This document shows positions 42,351 to 58,387 of a DNA stretch of 64,000 nt, one piece after another. Origin of the DNA: Cercozoa sp. M6MM (lineage: Eukaryota; Protista; Endomyxa: Ascetosporea); assembly GCA_040357565.1 (NCBI GenBank), contig JBDODJ010000034.1; one strand, 5' to 3'. The stretch's first letter is position 1. Every line of letters starts with the position of its first letter. Both the position numbers and the translations under genes were made by a program. The notes under the pieces were generated by a model. That model had not been told where the DNA came from, made no database searches, and saw nothing but the letters and a program-made list of their open reading frames with translations.

Positions 42351-43314
42351 GGCGAAACAATCGAGAAACTAACCCCTCAACCAGGTAAACCGTCCGTGCG
42401 CAAAAGGAGCCCCGTCCGGCGGAAATCAATCACTCACTCTTCTAGTGCTCTAGATATACTAGAACGCGTTTGTGCAGCATTAACCCACGCCGGCACTCGC
42501 TGATTGGTAAGAATATCGCGGCACTGTAGTACGTTTCATGAGAAGGAGTATTGGTCACGCTTATTAGATATATTATAGTGTCTCCAGGTGTGCACAACGA
42601 TAGGGCAGCACAATGGCACTCCAATTCGGCGTGCAACAGGAATGGCACTCCAAGTCGGTGACCTAAGTTGGTGACTTGTTTTCGTATCAACCAGCTTTGC
42701 TGTTGTGCTACAGTAATTCCCCAGGAGCTACAAATTCTCCCGTAAGTTCGTGTAATTTCACCCCGTACGGCCCATCTGTCGATGAACGGTGACGCGGGAA
42801 CACGGGCAGAAGGTGCAGTGTCTCGCTCGTCGCCGCAAATTCCGAATGGATTAGGGGCGCTGCGAAGTCGCAGATGACGTGCGCTACGTCGCTACACAAC
42901 AGCTCTTTGGACCTAAGTACAGGGAAATTGCAACAGAGCCGGTGAATTCGGCATAAATTCGCGAAAGGTCAATTTACAGTTGGGGGACACAAAGTCCGAC
43001 CTCTGGTGTCGACTCTAATTAGCTACGAAATTGCCTATGTGGAAGTCCGACTGACTTGACTCGGATTACTTTCACTTTCATGTGTCAGTGTGCTTGACTG
43101 TCTGATCCACCAGCTTGCTTCGCTCCGGAATCTACGTGCACGCAAAGAGACACAACCGCTGGTGCGAGAGTACGTGCGTCTGTCGCGACGGAACTGAGTC
43201 GTGCAAACGCGCAAATTGCTGCATGACAAAGAGACAGAGTAACCTAGGCAAACGCGGTCAGTTTATGCTTGGTTGAACTCCAGTTTTTGAAACTAGCACA
43301 TTGTCCTGGGCAGC

Positions 43315-45787
<2,473 letters not shown>

Positions 45788-45805
45788 CGCCAGAAGCCCG
45801 AGCAT

Positions 45806-46675
45806 TTATAGCCTCAAAGCCATAGTAGTGTGGGCTACCGTTAATGCTACCGCATTCTTTGCTTGTACTGGCTGTCGAAAGCGAAAATGTGACCAAGTCG
45901 GCACAAGATCAATCGCCAATGCCGTGCTGTACAATAGCAATCAAACATGCGTACCGGCGAGAGAGAGAGAGACACACACACACACACACACACACACACN
46001 NNNNNNNNNNNNNNNNNNNNNNNNNNNNNNNNNNNNNNNNNNNNNNNNNNNNNNNNNNNNNNNNNNNNNNNNNNNNNNNNNNNNNNNNNNNNNNNNNNNA
46101 CAACGAATGAGAGGAAGCCCACCTTCGTAGGTTGCAACTTGTGTGCCTTCTTCAACAGCAAGCGCGCTGCAGACTGACGCAGCACAGTCTGGGGGGGGGG
46201 GGGGGGAATAAAAAAGATAAGTCTACAGGAGAACAGCACGGGGACAAGTACCGTGTCACCCTCTGCCGTGCAGAAGTTGTCCATGTCGGCGCGCAACTCA
46301 CCGACACGAGCGCCTTGCGAGTATCCATGCCCACTGCGCAGTTATCACGGGGTTAATACGAAAGGAAATATCTGCCAAGGAAAGTAAAGAGAGTACCCGC
46401 ACATGATACGCAAACGCGACAATCGGTGGAGTGACCACTCGCCAATCGTAGCCTTAAGACCACTGATACGCGCGTGGAAGTCGGCTGTGGCACCCTCTGA
46501 AAGGACAAACAACAAGTCAAGAGATAATGCAAACGAGCGTAGCAGTGCGTACCACGAACGTAGAGCTGCGTTAACTCAAAGGTGTGCATTGCATAGACGA
46601 AGCTCTCGGCCACAAATGACGACAACGCGCGCTGATGCGTCGTGTAATCCTTCAGCAAGGTCTCTTCTTGACCTG

Positions 46676-46724
<49 letters not shown>

Positions 46725-46838
46725 ACCACACTGATGCACTAAAAGCAGCAGTACCAGGAGCACCAAATTGACGACGCTGGTACGCGTACCGCGTAGCAAT
46801 CAACGTGCCGAGCTGGACTGCAGCCACTGGACCAGCAC

Positions 46839-46925
<87 letters not shown>

Positions 46926-47435
46926 ATGTACAGCACTGTACAGTGGTATCGCACTGACAACGACACATACGTAGATCAGTCGGCCGAAAGCAAGAGCATT
47001 CAGTGTCTTGGAGAAACGCAGCAGTGGCGACTTCTCGGCGCAGTGATAGGCACCACTTGCATCGACCTGCGCGAGCTTGTCGAGCAGATTGTCACGCGGA
47101 ACACGCACATTGCGAAAGTGGATGCACGAGTTGTCGACCTGCTCAGCAGTCGAGAGCTCCCATAGGCACACAAAGAAACTCAAAAACAATCCCCAAGGCG
47201 AAAGGTACGGCATGCCAGCCGATCTTGGGCCCACAGTCGAGGTGCGTCACACCTTGCGCCGGGCGACCGTCGGTGCCGAACAGCGGTGCCACTGTTCACA
47301 ATGCTATATACTCAAAGAGCACGCATCAGGAACACATCAAATCTACCAAACGCATGGACGCCCATGTCGTTGCACTTCACACCATCGACCACCACTTGAC
47401 CTGAATTTAGACACGGTGTACTTTCTCCAAAAAGG

Positions 47436-47489
<54 letters not shown>

Positions 47490-48457
47490 ATGCAGAGTGC
47501 ACCATCTGAGGCAGGCAGCATCAGACGCGCAAAGACAACGGTAACACTGCGCGAGCCAGTGAAGCTGTTGCCAATCCAGATCTTGCGTGCCGAGTCTGCA
47601 TACGTAAGGGAGAGTGAAGTTCGATAACACACAACACAAAACCCAGTACCACTGGGAGTGTTAATGACGAACTCCTGCGTCGACGGATCGTAGCGCGCAG
47701 TCGTCTGCAAGGCGGCCACGTTAGACCCATGCGCCACCTCAGTCATGCAGAAGCAGCTACGCAAAGCACACATGCCAAAAAATACTCCACGTACGCCTCA
47801 AAAACAAAGGTTACTAGTACCCAATAATCTCGCAGGTATCCAACTTGTCCAAGAGATGCTCATGCTTCGAAGTGCCGAGTACTGCCACACTCTGACCGAA
47901 CAGCTCAAAGTGGATCGCCGACTTGGCCTGTGTCAAACACGAAAAGTTATCGCAACTACTATCTTTTCGCCATACACACTTTCTAACAAAGGTACAGCAA
48001 GGCCAAAGTCGGCGCAGATGCTCGCGTACAAGGCAGCCAAAAAGGCCACCGGATCACGCTGCAACTGGCGTGCGCCAATACAGCCACTCGACACGAAACG
48101 GCGCCAAACTGCTTAAATGTCATCATATAAAACAAGTGTAATACCATGCGAAACCATACTAGAGTGGGTTTGCTACCAGAAGCTGCAGCATGACGCAACT
48201 TGTCGCGAGGGAGATCGGCAGGAACGCAGTCTGGTAAGGGGTACGTGAAGCTCCATAAAAGGGAAGAGTATGACACTGAAAGTACATTCGGGCTTGCTAA
48301 GCTCATTCACGGCACGAGTGGCTACCTTGTTGAAGTAGTCAGCCAGCTCATCCTACATTCACAGGCGAGCCAATATGCAAAAGTGACAGACATACGGTTG
48401 AGGGAGCTTTACAGCACTCAGTTTGGCCAACTTGGCACGTGTCATTTCTGACGACAT
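45806..48457 (-). CDS. ACOX: Peroxisomal acyl-CoA oxidase, interrupted by an assembly gap at 46000-46099
   Basis: [30 protein letters not shown]; KIWIGN; GVHAF; [22 protein letters not shown]; [10 protein letters not shown]; TAEGD (catalytic Glu). Confidence 0.93.
46843..46922. repeat. (CA)n intronic microsatellite (others at 45960-45999, 46678-46724, 47437-47490)
   Basis: Seen directly. Confidence 0.95.
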
Positions 48458-48947
48458 TGTCCTTGCTGTACCGATGTGTCCTGAAGCCACAACTGCACCA
48501 AAACTAAGTTTCAAGAAACCCCAAAAACCAGGCAACAAGCCGAAAAACCCAAAACGGGACTGCAACGAACAAAGCGAGAAAAACGGAGTACACGTAACAG
48601 TAGTTTATTTGGATTCTTGCACTGACACCCGATCAGTGGTGCTCTCAAACTCAGCAACTAGGCTCGTAGGAGAAACGAGGAAAAAACTGGTGTGGGCAGC
48701 GGGCCACGTGACCAGCGTTGCATCCGATCCCACATCACGCGACGTGGAAAGTCCTGTGTGTGTTGATCGGATCAACGGAGGCGAGAAGGGCAATAACAAC
48801 AGAAACAAACCAACTGAATTGATCCGATCGGATCTCTGCCGCGTCTATCGCGTCGTGCCGCATGAACACGGTCAGTAACCAACGGAACGACGTACGCGAC
48901 GCGGAGGTAGTGAGCCGACCCGACGACGGTCGGACACGGAAGGGAGT

Positions 48948-49958
48948 TTAGTTGCGCTTGCGACGCCGCTTAGTACCGGCACGCACGGTCTGTACCTTGC
49001 CCTTCTTGGCGGTGGGGGCGGCTTGCTTCTTTTTGTTGCCCTGTTTGCCGTTTGTCTTGCCCGTTTGCTTCTGCTTCTTGCTCTGCTGCTGGGCCGGCTT
49101 AGTCTTCTTGTTGGCGGTGCCGTCGGCCTTCTTTTGCCGCTTGGTCGCCGGCTCAGTTGTCGTCCTGATATCACCAAACACATCCAAGAAATATATCAAG
49201 AGACAGCCTGCATATCGATTTGAAAGAGAGCGAACTTGGGAGCAGCAGACTTCGGCGTGGGCTTGGGCTTGGGCTTGGGCTTGGGCATCTTCTTGCCTCC
49301 GAACGACAGACGCAGCTGCAGGCACGACACGCACATGAACAAACAAACGTCACAGAGGCAAGATACCGATTCGCCAGTCTTGTAGCTCAAAGCCACTGGT
49401 TGGTCCCACTACAGGTCAAGAATCGCTTTTGGTCCGCGCGAAAGGACAAAGTGGGGGTTGGACAATACCTGAGAGTTCGCAATCGCTTGCAGCTGTCGCT
49501 TGCAGGCGAAACCGGCTTCCTGTAAAGGCAAAAACAGTCTCGCTTAATCATCAAACAATTAGGCTTCAAATGAATGCGCGTGTACCTTCATAGCAGCCAC
49601 GCGTTGCGACAAACGGAACTGCTGGAACGCGATCTTCTCTGACTCTGCTCTTGTTCCAAAAAGTATATGAATTACTCAGCTGTACTGTTGACCAGATATA
49701 CTAATGGAACGCACCTTCGTCAGCAAAGTCGTCAATGACACTGCCCCCCGAGACCTAAGAAAACCACAACACAAACCTAGATATAGACTAACGAAGAAAC
49801 GAGAAGAGAAGAGCAGAGCAGAGAAACCTTGCGAGCGATTTGCTGCACATTGATAAGCGCTTGTTTCAGCGATTGCTGCGAGTGTTGCAGCAACTCCTTG
49901 CTGCGTACAAACACAGACACGCATTGTGCGTGCATGTGTGTATGTGTGTGTGTGTGCG

Positions 49959-50014
<56 letters not shown>

Positions 50015-52475
50015 GATTCCAACTGGACTGGACGAAAGCGGACAAAGAGGAAAAGTTACAAGTCGGTCTGCGCCTTGAGCACTTCCTCGGCATAGTCGCT
50101 CGGTTGGCCCGTGGCAACGAAAATACCGCAAAGTGGCTTCAGCGAGGTCGGTGACGCCGCCGCCATGCCTCGGAACATCTGCATCGACCATGCAGTCAGA
50201 ATCGACACCAGAACACTCAGGAAAGAAATTAAATGAGTACAGCGAGAATGCGCTCGAACACTACAATGTCGAGACCGACGTGCTCGTTCACCTGTCACAG
50301 ATACAAAAGCATCTCCACAAAATACAACATTCACGTGACAGACACGAGTGAGTTACATTGAAGACATCGATTTCTGCCTCCTTATCTACAGCGGCCACTT
50401 CCTTCTGCACAGCGTTGTTTCGGATAATACCACACATACACATACACACACGCGCACGCACACAGACACAGACACACAAACAGACACACAAACAGACACA
50501 TACACAGACACAGACACATTCACAGACACATGTACACAAGTCTACCACCAGACTCCGCCAGATCTGCATCACATGCGGCAGCAAGGTGCGTGCGTCAGCC
50601 GGTGTGATCTGCGTCACACGCGAGCACAGTGTGTAATAATGATACCACAACAACAAACTGGTGTACCAGGTGGATCATAGCCGGCGGCAGCAGTGTCGAC
50701 ACGCGTGCGGTGTCACTGTCGAAGGTGTCACTGTTCGCCAAAGTCGACAGCGGCTGCAGCAGCGAGGAAAACAGCGATCTGGCCGCAGAGTGCGAAACCT
50801 GTCGAGACACAACTATCACGGGCAAAAGGGTACAAGTATATGACAGGGAATATGGAATAGAGTACATGGAATAGGGTGTACGTTATAGGGTAGAGGAAAT
50901 ATGGAATAGGGTACATGTATAGGGTACATTGTAAGGATACATGGAATATGGAATAGGGCATCTGAAGGGCATATGTTATCGGGTAGATGTATTCAAAAAA
51001 GAGAGACTATAGGAGGATGAAGACAAAGGAGATCAACGTACTGCGTTGGGGAGACGACGCAGCAGCTGTAACAAAACCACCGTGTCACGCACACCAGTTC
51101 GCGAAGACGCCGACGACGACGCACTGAGATTCAGTCGCTTCTGCAGCAGCGACAAAAGCGGCGACGGGTCCTCTTGAAGCGCCTGCAGCAGAAGCGATCA
51201 ACAGTGCCCGTAGAACACGACAAAACCGATTGAAATCTACCGTTCGCACAGAATAAACAGAGACGTAACAACGCAGCAGATCAACGAAACTCTGATCCGT
51301 GAGCACGTCACTGCAACAAACAAACCTGTTTCCAACATGCCAGGAAGACAATAAAAGCTGCCGGGAACCCAGACGAGGCGGTGGAAAGCAGCAAATCCGC
51401 GATGCGCTGTTGTCTCTGAAGATCAGCAAAAAAGGAAAAGGTTAATACGGAAGAGGCAGGTTTCGCACAGTTCGCGTCACCTCGGAAGTCTCTGCATCCG
51501 CCGGTTCAGTGGTCATTGCCTTCTTGTGCTCGGGTCGCTGCCACACGCGATGGAAGAAGGAGAGCGACGATGTGCGCAGCGACGGCGGTGTCGCAGCGGC
51601 GGCCACGCGCGTCAAGATTCCACTCAGCACTGCATGACAATCCAGGCAGTGAACTGTGTACAGACTCCCACGTGCAGACAGTACCAGCATCACAGAATTT
51701 CGGTCCTGCTTCGATGGTGCCATTGAGTGCACGTACTACACCACACGAAAATTACCCCTCGCTTTGAAACGTGACATTGGGAGAAACACAGCGAGGTATA
51801 CGAATAACTTGGCGCTCCATTCCGTCGGCACTTGCCAGCAGTTGCGACAGTACCTAGGCACAAGAGTCTCCTCGCACTACGCAAAGATAATGCACAAGCT
51901 TACATCACAGATGGGTCCAGCGAATGCCTCCTGTGTCTTGGCGATTGCACCCAGTGATTGGACCGACTCGGAACGCACCATCTGCGACGGGTCCTCCACT
52001 GCGCAGAAGCGACACACTTTTTCGTACTCAGAGACCTTTGGACCAGAGGGAACGCACCCAAATCAAACAGCAGGTTCAGCAGCTTCTTCTGCTCTGCCGC
52101 ACTCGCCATCAGAAACAGCTTCGCCGTCAGTCGCCTGCACGTACAAACAGCAGCAATTCACAGGCATCATAGAAAGCAACAGAAGCGTAGATTTCACAAC
52201 GCACGAAGCGAGTTGGCGCACATTATCGATGGTGCTCTAAACCCCACAAACACCAATCAAGAATGATGCGAGAATTCATTCCGACTGACAGACAGACTAC
52301 CTTGCCAGCGGCCTTGACCTCCTTGGATGCAGCACGAACCTTCTGAGTTTGCACAAACACACGACCCGTGACGCTGGGGAGGGGGTAGAACGCAGGAAAA
52401 ACACACAGCCTTGTCCGAGGCAGTCAGTGACGGCAGGTTCCCCTGGATTTCCAAAAGCGTATCCAGCGACGACAT
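48948..52475 (-). CDS. API5: Apoptosis inhibitor 5 (API5)-like HEAT/ARM protein with a Lys-rich tail
   Basis: MSSLDTLLEIQGNL..LLNLLFDL|VEDPSQMVRSESVQSL..ICD|VLSQLLASADGMERQVI resembles human API5 QLDLCEDEDVSIRRQAIKEL..ADILTQLLQTDDSAEFNLV (from memory). Confidence 0.62.
50848..50960. repeat. Intronic degenerate ATGGAAT/ATAGGG minisatellite
   Basis: atggaatag and atagggta recur several times. Confidence 0.75.
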
Positions 52476-52488
52476 TCGAACACCCTGA

Positions 52489-52766
52489 CTAGTAACACGA
52501 AGTTGCACACCTTCGTTCTAGGAACGGCTAAGGTCCACACAAATTGCAAATGGAGCGCCGGTTTTATAACTAAAATTAAGGGCATTGTCGTGGACCTCCT
52601 CGAGCCACAAGACAAACCCTCTCATAAACTGGAATGTAAGATGGTGCCTCGTGAGTTTGAAGCCGGAAGCCTCCAACTGGGATAGGTGTTGAGCACAAGA
52701 CCGTCAAGGATCGGAAGGCAGGGGAACTAAACTTACATAGTTGGTTTCTTTTTTAGACTGAACTAA
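52489..52766 (-). mobile_element. Copy of the modular repeat family immediately upstream of the API5-like gene
   Basis: caggggaacta-aacttac-atagttggtttctt-tttt-agactgaactaa (52719-52766) matches 38944-38972 and the reverse complement of 25687-25733; left boundary uncertain. Confidence 0.6.
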
Positions 52767-52907
52767 ATATGGCTGCATGTTCACGGCTCACAGATCAGCA
52801 GCATTGTTAAAGTCGAAAACGTTGTCACGTACGGGCACCTCGACCGGGGTGCTGCACATGAAACGACAAAACACACAAACTCAAACTCGCAAGATGGCCG
52901 AGAATAT

Positions 52908-54480
52908 TTACAGCTGTGGCGTCAACAAAGGCGCGCTCAAAACAGCCGCGTCCAATCGCTTGCGCTCGCGGTCCGTCCTCGCGATAGGTGTCGTAGGTGC
53001 TCTAAAGACTTTAAAACCACATGGGAAATTCCGAAACTGTTTTGCACTCGTTCTTTGTATTTTAGTGATAGGGGCAGCTCGGAATGTCAGGGTACCGTTC
53101 GGTGTAATGTCAAAGGAAGCACAGACGACGATCGTTGCGACGAGGGCGTCGAGAGTGTAGTGTCGGCGAGTTAGTGCTACGAGAAAAGCACAGAGCAGGC
53201 CACAAGACAGCGCCAACGTTCGGCATATCATTAACTCTCTTCTTGATACTCGCAATTCACTGAATATTCATTCACACAGAACAAGCAATTTTTTGTTTTT
53301 TTATTTTGTTTTGCGTATACCGTTGCTGTTGTTTCAATAGGTGCAGAACCAGCACTGCAGAAGAAAGACTGGAGAAAGCATGCCCCGAGAATACAAGGTC
53401 GCCACAAGTCCAGTGGTTTGTGTTGAGCAAAAACCAAACAAGCCACCGTCCAAAGGAAGCCGTCCGGCCGGGCAATGGGGTGTCTCGGAGCCAGTCGGCT
53501 TGACTAAAGTCACACATGCTCAGTTCAATCGCCAAGGGAAAATTGGCACTGATGCAGTACTAATCTACCAGTCAGGATCGGGAAGTGTAGTAGTCGCATA
53601 AATCACTGGTCTTAGCGCATGCCATGCACCCCAGAACAAGAAGATGCGAAGCAGCATTTCGGCACCTGGCAGTACAAAAAGTACGCAACCCCGTCGCCTC
53701 ATTTTTGATTATCTTAGTTTGATATCAGTATTTGTACATCGAGTGTCGTGCGGTGGAAAATCGTAGGATGACCGATCTGACACCCGCTCGCCTTCGGGGC
53801 CTGAATCCGAAATTGATATTCACAGACCCACTGCCATGAGCGGTACCTGAATCCGAAAGGGAGACGTAGTCGGGCGGAAACTGCAGCTGCGGAGGATCGC
53901 CTTCCACTTCGTGCGGCTGGCAGCGCGTGCACCTGGTCGTCCAATTTACAAGTTTTAATGCACAACACGATTGTTTTCAAATTTAAGTACTGTGCGGCAT
54001 GCGCATGTAAATTTACCCCCGATGCCCCATGCAGTAGCAGACGTAGAACAACACGACCAAAGGTAGCAAATGCGATGTTTCAACAATGATGGCGGTAGGC
54101 ACACTGCGTGCCACGTCCGGTGAGATTCCTATGGTTGAAGCCAAGGAATGTGAGATGTCATTGAGTGGAGTCAGTTTTCCTTGCTCCCAGGCCTCTGGGC
54201 TGTCGTACCATAGCTACAGTACCAAGAGAGTAATCACGGGAACCGATGATGTTTTTGCGCTAAACTTGGTGTACACTGGCTTGCTGCATATGTGCTAGCT
54301 GTCGGCCCAGAAATGCAACGTAGAAGCACGCGAGCACCACACAAAAACGTCGCCATTCAGAGCCAAAGTACTTCAGTTGAGCGATTGCGTGCGAGTGCCT
54401 AAATTACAAACACTCAGCACTTTGTTCGTTCGTTCTAATTTCGTTTGTTCTTACTTTAGCCGCGTCCACAGCTTGACCAT
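52908..54480 (-). CDS. Sphingomyelin / inositol-phosphorylceramide synthase family (PAP2_C) protein
   Basis: LRPVIYATTTLPDP; TCGDLVFSGH; TRRHYTLDALVA (D3/D4 catalytic motifs). Confidence 0.88.
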
Positions 54481-55100
54481 CGTTCTGAATGCTTACCCAG
54501 GCTTCAATTGATCTTGAGTAAGAGTTTCCGATGGCAATTGTCGACAAGGAGAACTGAACTGGGACCGGAAAACTGCGAGTTTGCAGAAACGCGAGCGAAA
54601 CGCAGGTGCTTCGGTGTTTTTTAAATCCGTTCGAGCATCTATTTAGTTCGGACACTGCGACGCCACGAGATCTGCAAACTGAGTAGTTAAAATCCCAAAC
54701 ATGCGTAGCATATCTAGCACGCAGCTAATAAAGTTACTTGCATATGGAAAGAGTCGTCAAATACTGAAACTGATATACGCTGTGGTAAAGATCACATTCA
54801 ATTAAGGGTGCGGAACCTGCGGATCTTCCAAGTTGCTGGGACCTCGTTCGTGCGTTTGTGCAGCGGTCCTGTATAGTGACGCAGTTAACGTAGTGGCAGG
54901 TATCTCCGGATATAGGACCGGACGAACTCAGTGTGGTTTTTTGTTTGTGTACTTCTGCCGCACTGTCCGCGTTAATGAGTGCGGACAATCTTTTCTGGGC
55001 TTTCTTGTGGTGAGTGTGAGACTGTGACACTTTTGCCGCGTTTAGAAATCTCCAGTGACCCCACATCGCGACACTTTCGGAAACTGCAAGGGAGACAAAT

Positions 55101-57270
55101 ATGTCGGTGGAACAGCAGGTAGCGCCGCCGGTGCCGATGATGGACGATGACGGCAACGCCGGCGAGCCCGTGCTTGACAATGCCAACGAAAACGAGAACG
55201 AAAACAGCGTCGAAACAAGCGCTTCGGGTTCGTTCTGGTCACGTTATTTTGGTTGGATGTACGAGTTATTACCACTCGGCGTGTTTTGTTCACTCATGCA
55301 GACAAATCGGACGAGGAGCTTCTTGCCGGCCTCGGCGATGACGGCGAGGAGGTGCGTGTGTCTAACTCTGACCGTTTTTCTGACGCTGACCAGGCTTGAT
55401 CCTGCCCTGGCTGACCCTGGCCCTGACCCTGACCCCGATTTGAGTGACGCAGGAGAAGATGACGGAGCAGATGCAGCGAAAGTTCAACGAGTTCCTTCAG
55501 GAGCATCCTGACCTCAAAAAGGAGGTGCTTTCTCTGTCTACAAGGCACTACACTGTATCTGTATGTATATGTGTGTGTTTTGTGCAGGATTTTTTGCTGT
55601 TCCACCGTGCGCGTGTCTACCTGCATGTACTCTGCCTCCGTCCCTTCTACCACAGTGCTTGTACGACGCACGTGTGTGTTTGTTACACTAGGCCATGCCA
55701 GGCGAGCTGCTGGGACGTGTCAAGTTGCTGTCAGTACCTTTCTCTCTATCGACATACTTGTTCATGTGCTGACGTAATGGGGTGCATTATGTTGGTGTGT
55801 GGTAGGTGCGTGATGCCATCCCTCCTGCCTACATCGACAAGGAGCTCGTAAATCTGTCTCTGTATCCTGTCTTGACCTTGATCGTACCTCTTTGTCTCTA
55901 CACAGGGTCTGCCACCTGGCAGCACGGACAAGCTGCTGCTGCGACAGAAGTACGAAAACTGGCCGCTGCACCTGCGGCAGTTGTGTCTGTTCGCCTACCA
56001 GGTACCTGTATACCCGGTGAGTGCCACAGTTGGTACCTGTGTAGCACCGCTTGTTCTTTGTACAGACGGACGAGATGTTCGCCAAGCACGTGCGACAGCG
56101 CATGCGCTCGGTGCAGGCTGTGACGTCGCGCCGCATCGCCGATGCGCTTCATGTGCCCCACGAGGTTCTTGTTAAGTGGTATGCCTACATGCCTTTGTTT
56201 AATAGTCTCCTTTTCCTCCATTGCTATTGTTGAAGGCTGCGTTGCGAGCTGGGGCTTGCCGAACGTTCCCTGTAAGTTGTGTACTTACCGCAACTTGCCC
56301 CCTACCCGTTTCCTCTCCATTGAGCAGACTGGACCGACACATTCTGAGCAAGTTTCCAAACATGACGCGTTCGCGACCTGTACACTTTGTTGCTACCTGT
56401 CGGTGGACTGACTTATTATGAACATGCCTGTTTGTGCAGGTACCCGGTTCTGTCCAAGGTGACACTGACGACAACCGCTCGCGCATCTCGAAGGTGAAAC
56501 ATTGGCTTAGTGTCGAGGGAAGGACTGTGTAACGATGAGTAGTAACTATGAGTATGTATACACACGCAGGTGGCCGAGGCCGTCACGGGCGCCAAGCGCT
56601 CGCGCGACAGTGCAGACAACAGCAACGACGACACTACGACCGCCGAGAGTGGCGCACCTCCCGAGCCTCTGGTATGCACTACTGTATGCACGGAGGTGTT
56701 GGTCCATCTGTATCGTTGTAGCCGCTGGTATCACGCGAGGATGCAGAGGCTATCGTTGGCACCACAGGTACCCACACCCCGTCCTGCTGGGTCTTCTTCC
56801 TGAATGATAATGACGCGCGTACTGTACAGGCCGTGGCGCCATCCGCCCGTCGTTCAAGCGCATGCGACTGTCGGACTCGCAGATCGCACGCATGGAGATC
56901 CAACAGGTACATTGCGGCCGCAGGCATCCATTGCTATTCCCGAGGTATATGTATTCCTTGCACGTATGAAGGAGATCGACAAGCAGCGACAGGTTTTGGG
57001 CGAACTCGGTACGTTTGAGTGGCATGCTGACCCTGTGTCCACTGTACTAACTGTCTGAACAGGTGACCCAACGCGACAGCGCGTTCTGCTAGTTCAGTCG
57101 CGCGTCAACTTTGAGAACATTGTGCACTTGCTGGTATCTTGTGCTTTAAGATGAACATGCGGCTGCATGTGTACATGCTGGCGTGTGTCTCTTGAACAGG
57201 AGAGCGGCCGCTACACGGAGGCACTCGAGGTGGCTCTCACGTCGGCGCTTCTGCTGTCGACGCGCTTCTG
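55101..57270 (+). CDS. Hypothetical multi-exon protein with an acidic N-terminus
   Basis: Consistent GT-AG exon chain from MSVEQQVAPP to ...ALEVALTSALLLSTRF*; no family recognised. Confidence 0.6.
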
Positions 57271-57722
57271 ATGCAATGGGATGCTATGCTACGACCAGGC
57301 TCACACACGCGACAAACTAAAGCCAAATCAACTGCGCTGCCGCAACCTCAACTCGACTCCGGATCGGATCGTGTCGGACGGACTGACTGGATATATTTTG
57401 GTTTGCCAGCGCATTTGAGTTCTCGTTCCGTTCTATTGTGTGGCATCTTAGCGCACGTCGCGTATAGTACCGTACGGTACGCACCCGACCTGCCAGTGCC
57501 CTAGACGAGAATACAGTTCGAATCCATCGGTCATTCGGGCCATCTGGCCATCTCAGCGCAGCGCCAGCTGCAGGCTGACCGTGAAACGACAGTTTCAAAG
57601 TCTGTGACACTCTACACGTACGTGTCTCACTGCAACGCACTGATTCGACTAGGGAATTCGGGTCGACTCGACTCGGAAAGACGTGGCGCGGCCAATCATC
57701 AGGTCGGACTTTACGCAGGTGC

Positions 57723-58387
57723 ATGGACTGGAGCGTCGTGCCGCCTTCGGGCTATTGGGTATACGTCGGAGCGAAGACTCGTAGGTCTCGATTAACTTTC
57801 AGTTCGCTGAGTACAATACCTACAAAAGTCGCCAAGAATGAAACTGCTTGCAGCCGCATTGCTGGGTTGCTGTCTTTTACGTCTTTCATTTTCTTAACTG
57901 AGGCTTCCCTACCGTTTTTCAACGTAGCGCTCGCAAGTGTTTTCGGCACTGACAGTCCACGTCGTGGTGACACCTTACGCAGCGATATGACGCTAGACAG
58001 TAGCCTTGATCTTTGCAATCTCGAAGAAGAACAAATATGTATCAGTATCGACGGACAATTTCAATCAATATACTTTTTTTATTTCTGACAGACACGATGC
58101 GCCACAACGATGTTGCTCGCGTGCAACTGTGGCAAGCATTACGCGCTGTGGGTGTGAATCGCGAGAAGCTACTTTTCAGGTATCGCCATCATGCATTTCT
58201 TGAACTCGCATCGTTCTGCAAGAACTGTAATCACCTCTCCAGTCTCCGATCTGTGCGAGAAGATGCACCGACGCCCTATATGAACGTGGCCGTAACCAAG
58301 ATGGACGCTCAGGGATTTATGTCTCCTGCAGGAAGTGACATCGCCGACCAATTTCTCCATTGGCTGCAGGGCGATTCTGCAACGTAA
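57723..58387 (+). CDS. Hypothetical protein or pseudogene
   Basis: ORFs 57723-58088 and 58013-58387 join in frame through a GT-AG intron (about 58039-58091): EEEQI|YTMRHND. Confidence 0.35.

Noticed and set aside
49400-49480. TPP-riboswitch-like GGGG..CTGAGA
   Set aside because: It is an intron/exon junction of the minus-strand gene and the other conserved TPP elements are missing
52719-52766. Spliced-leader RNA gene or HDV-like ribozyme interpretation of the repeat modules
   Set aside because: No convincing Sm site, the donor is not conserved in all copies, and I could not fold an HDV P1-P4 topology by eye; left as untested
57505-57535. GTTCGAATCC tRNA T-loop motif
   Set aside because: No T-stem or cloverleaf pairing
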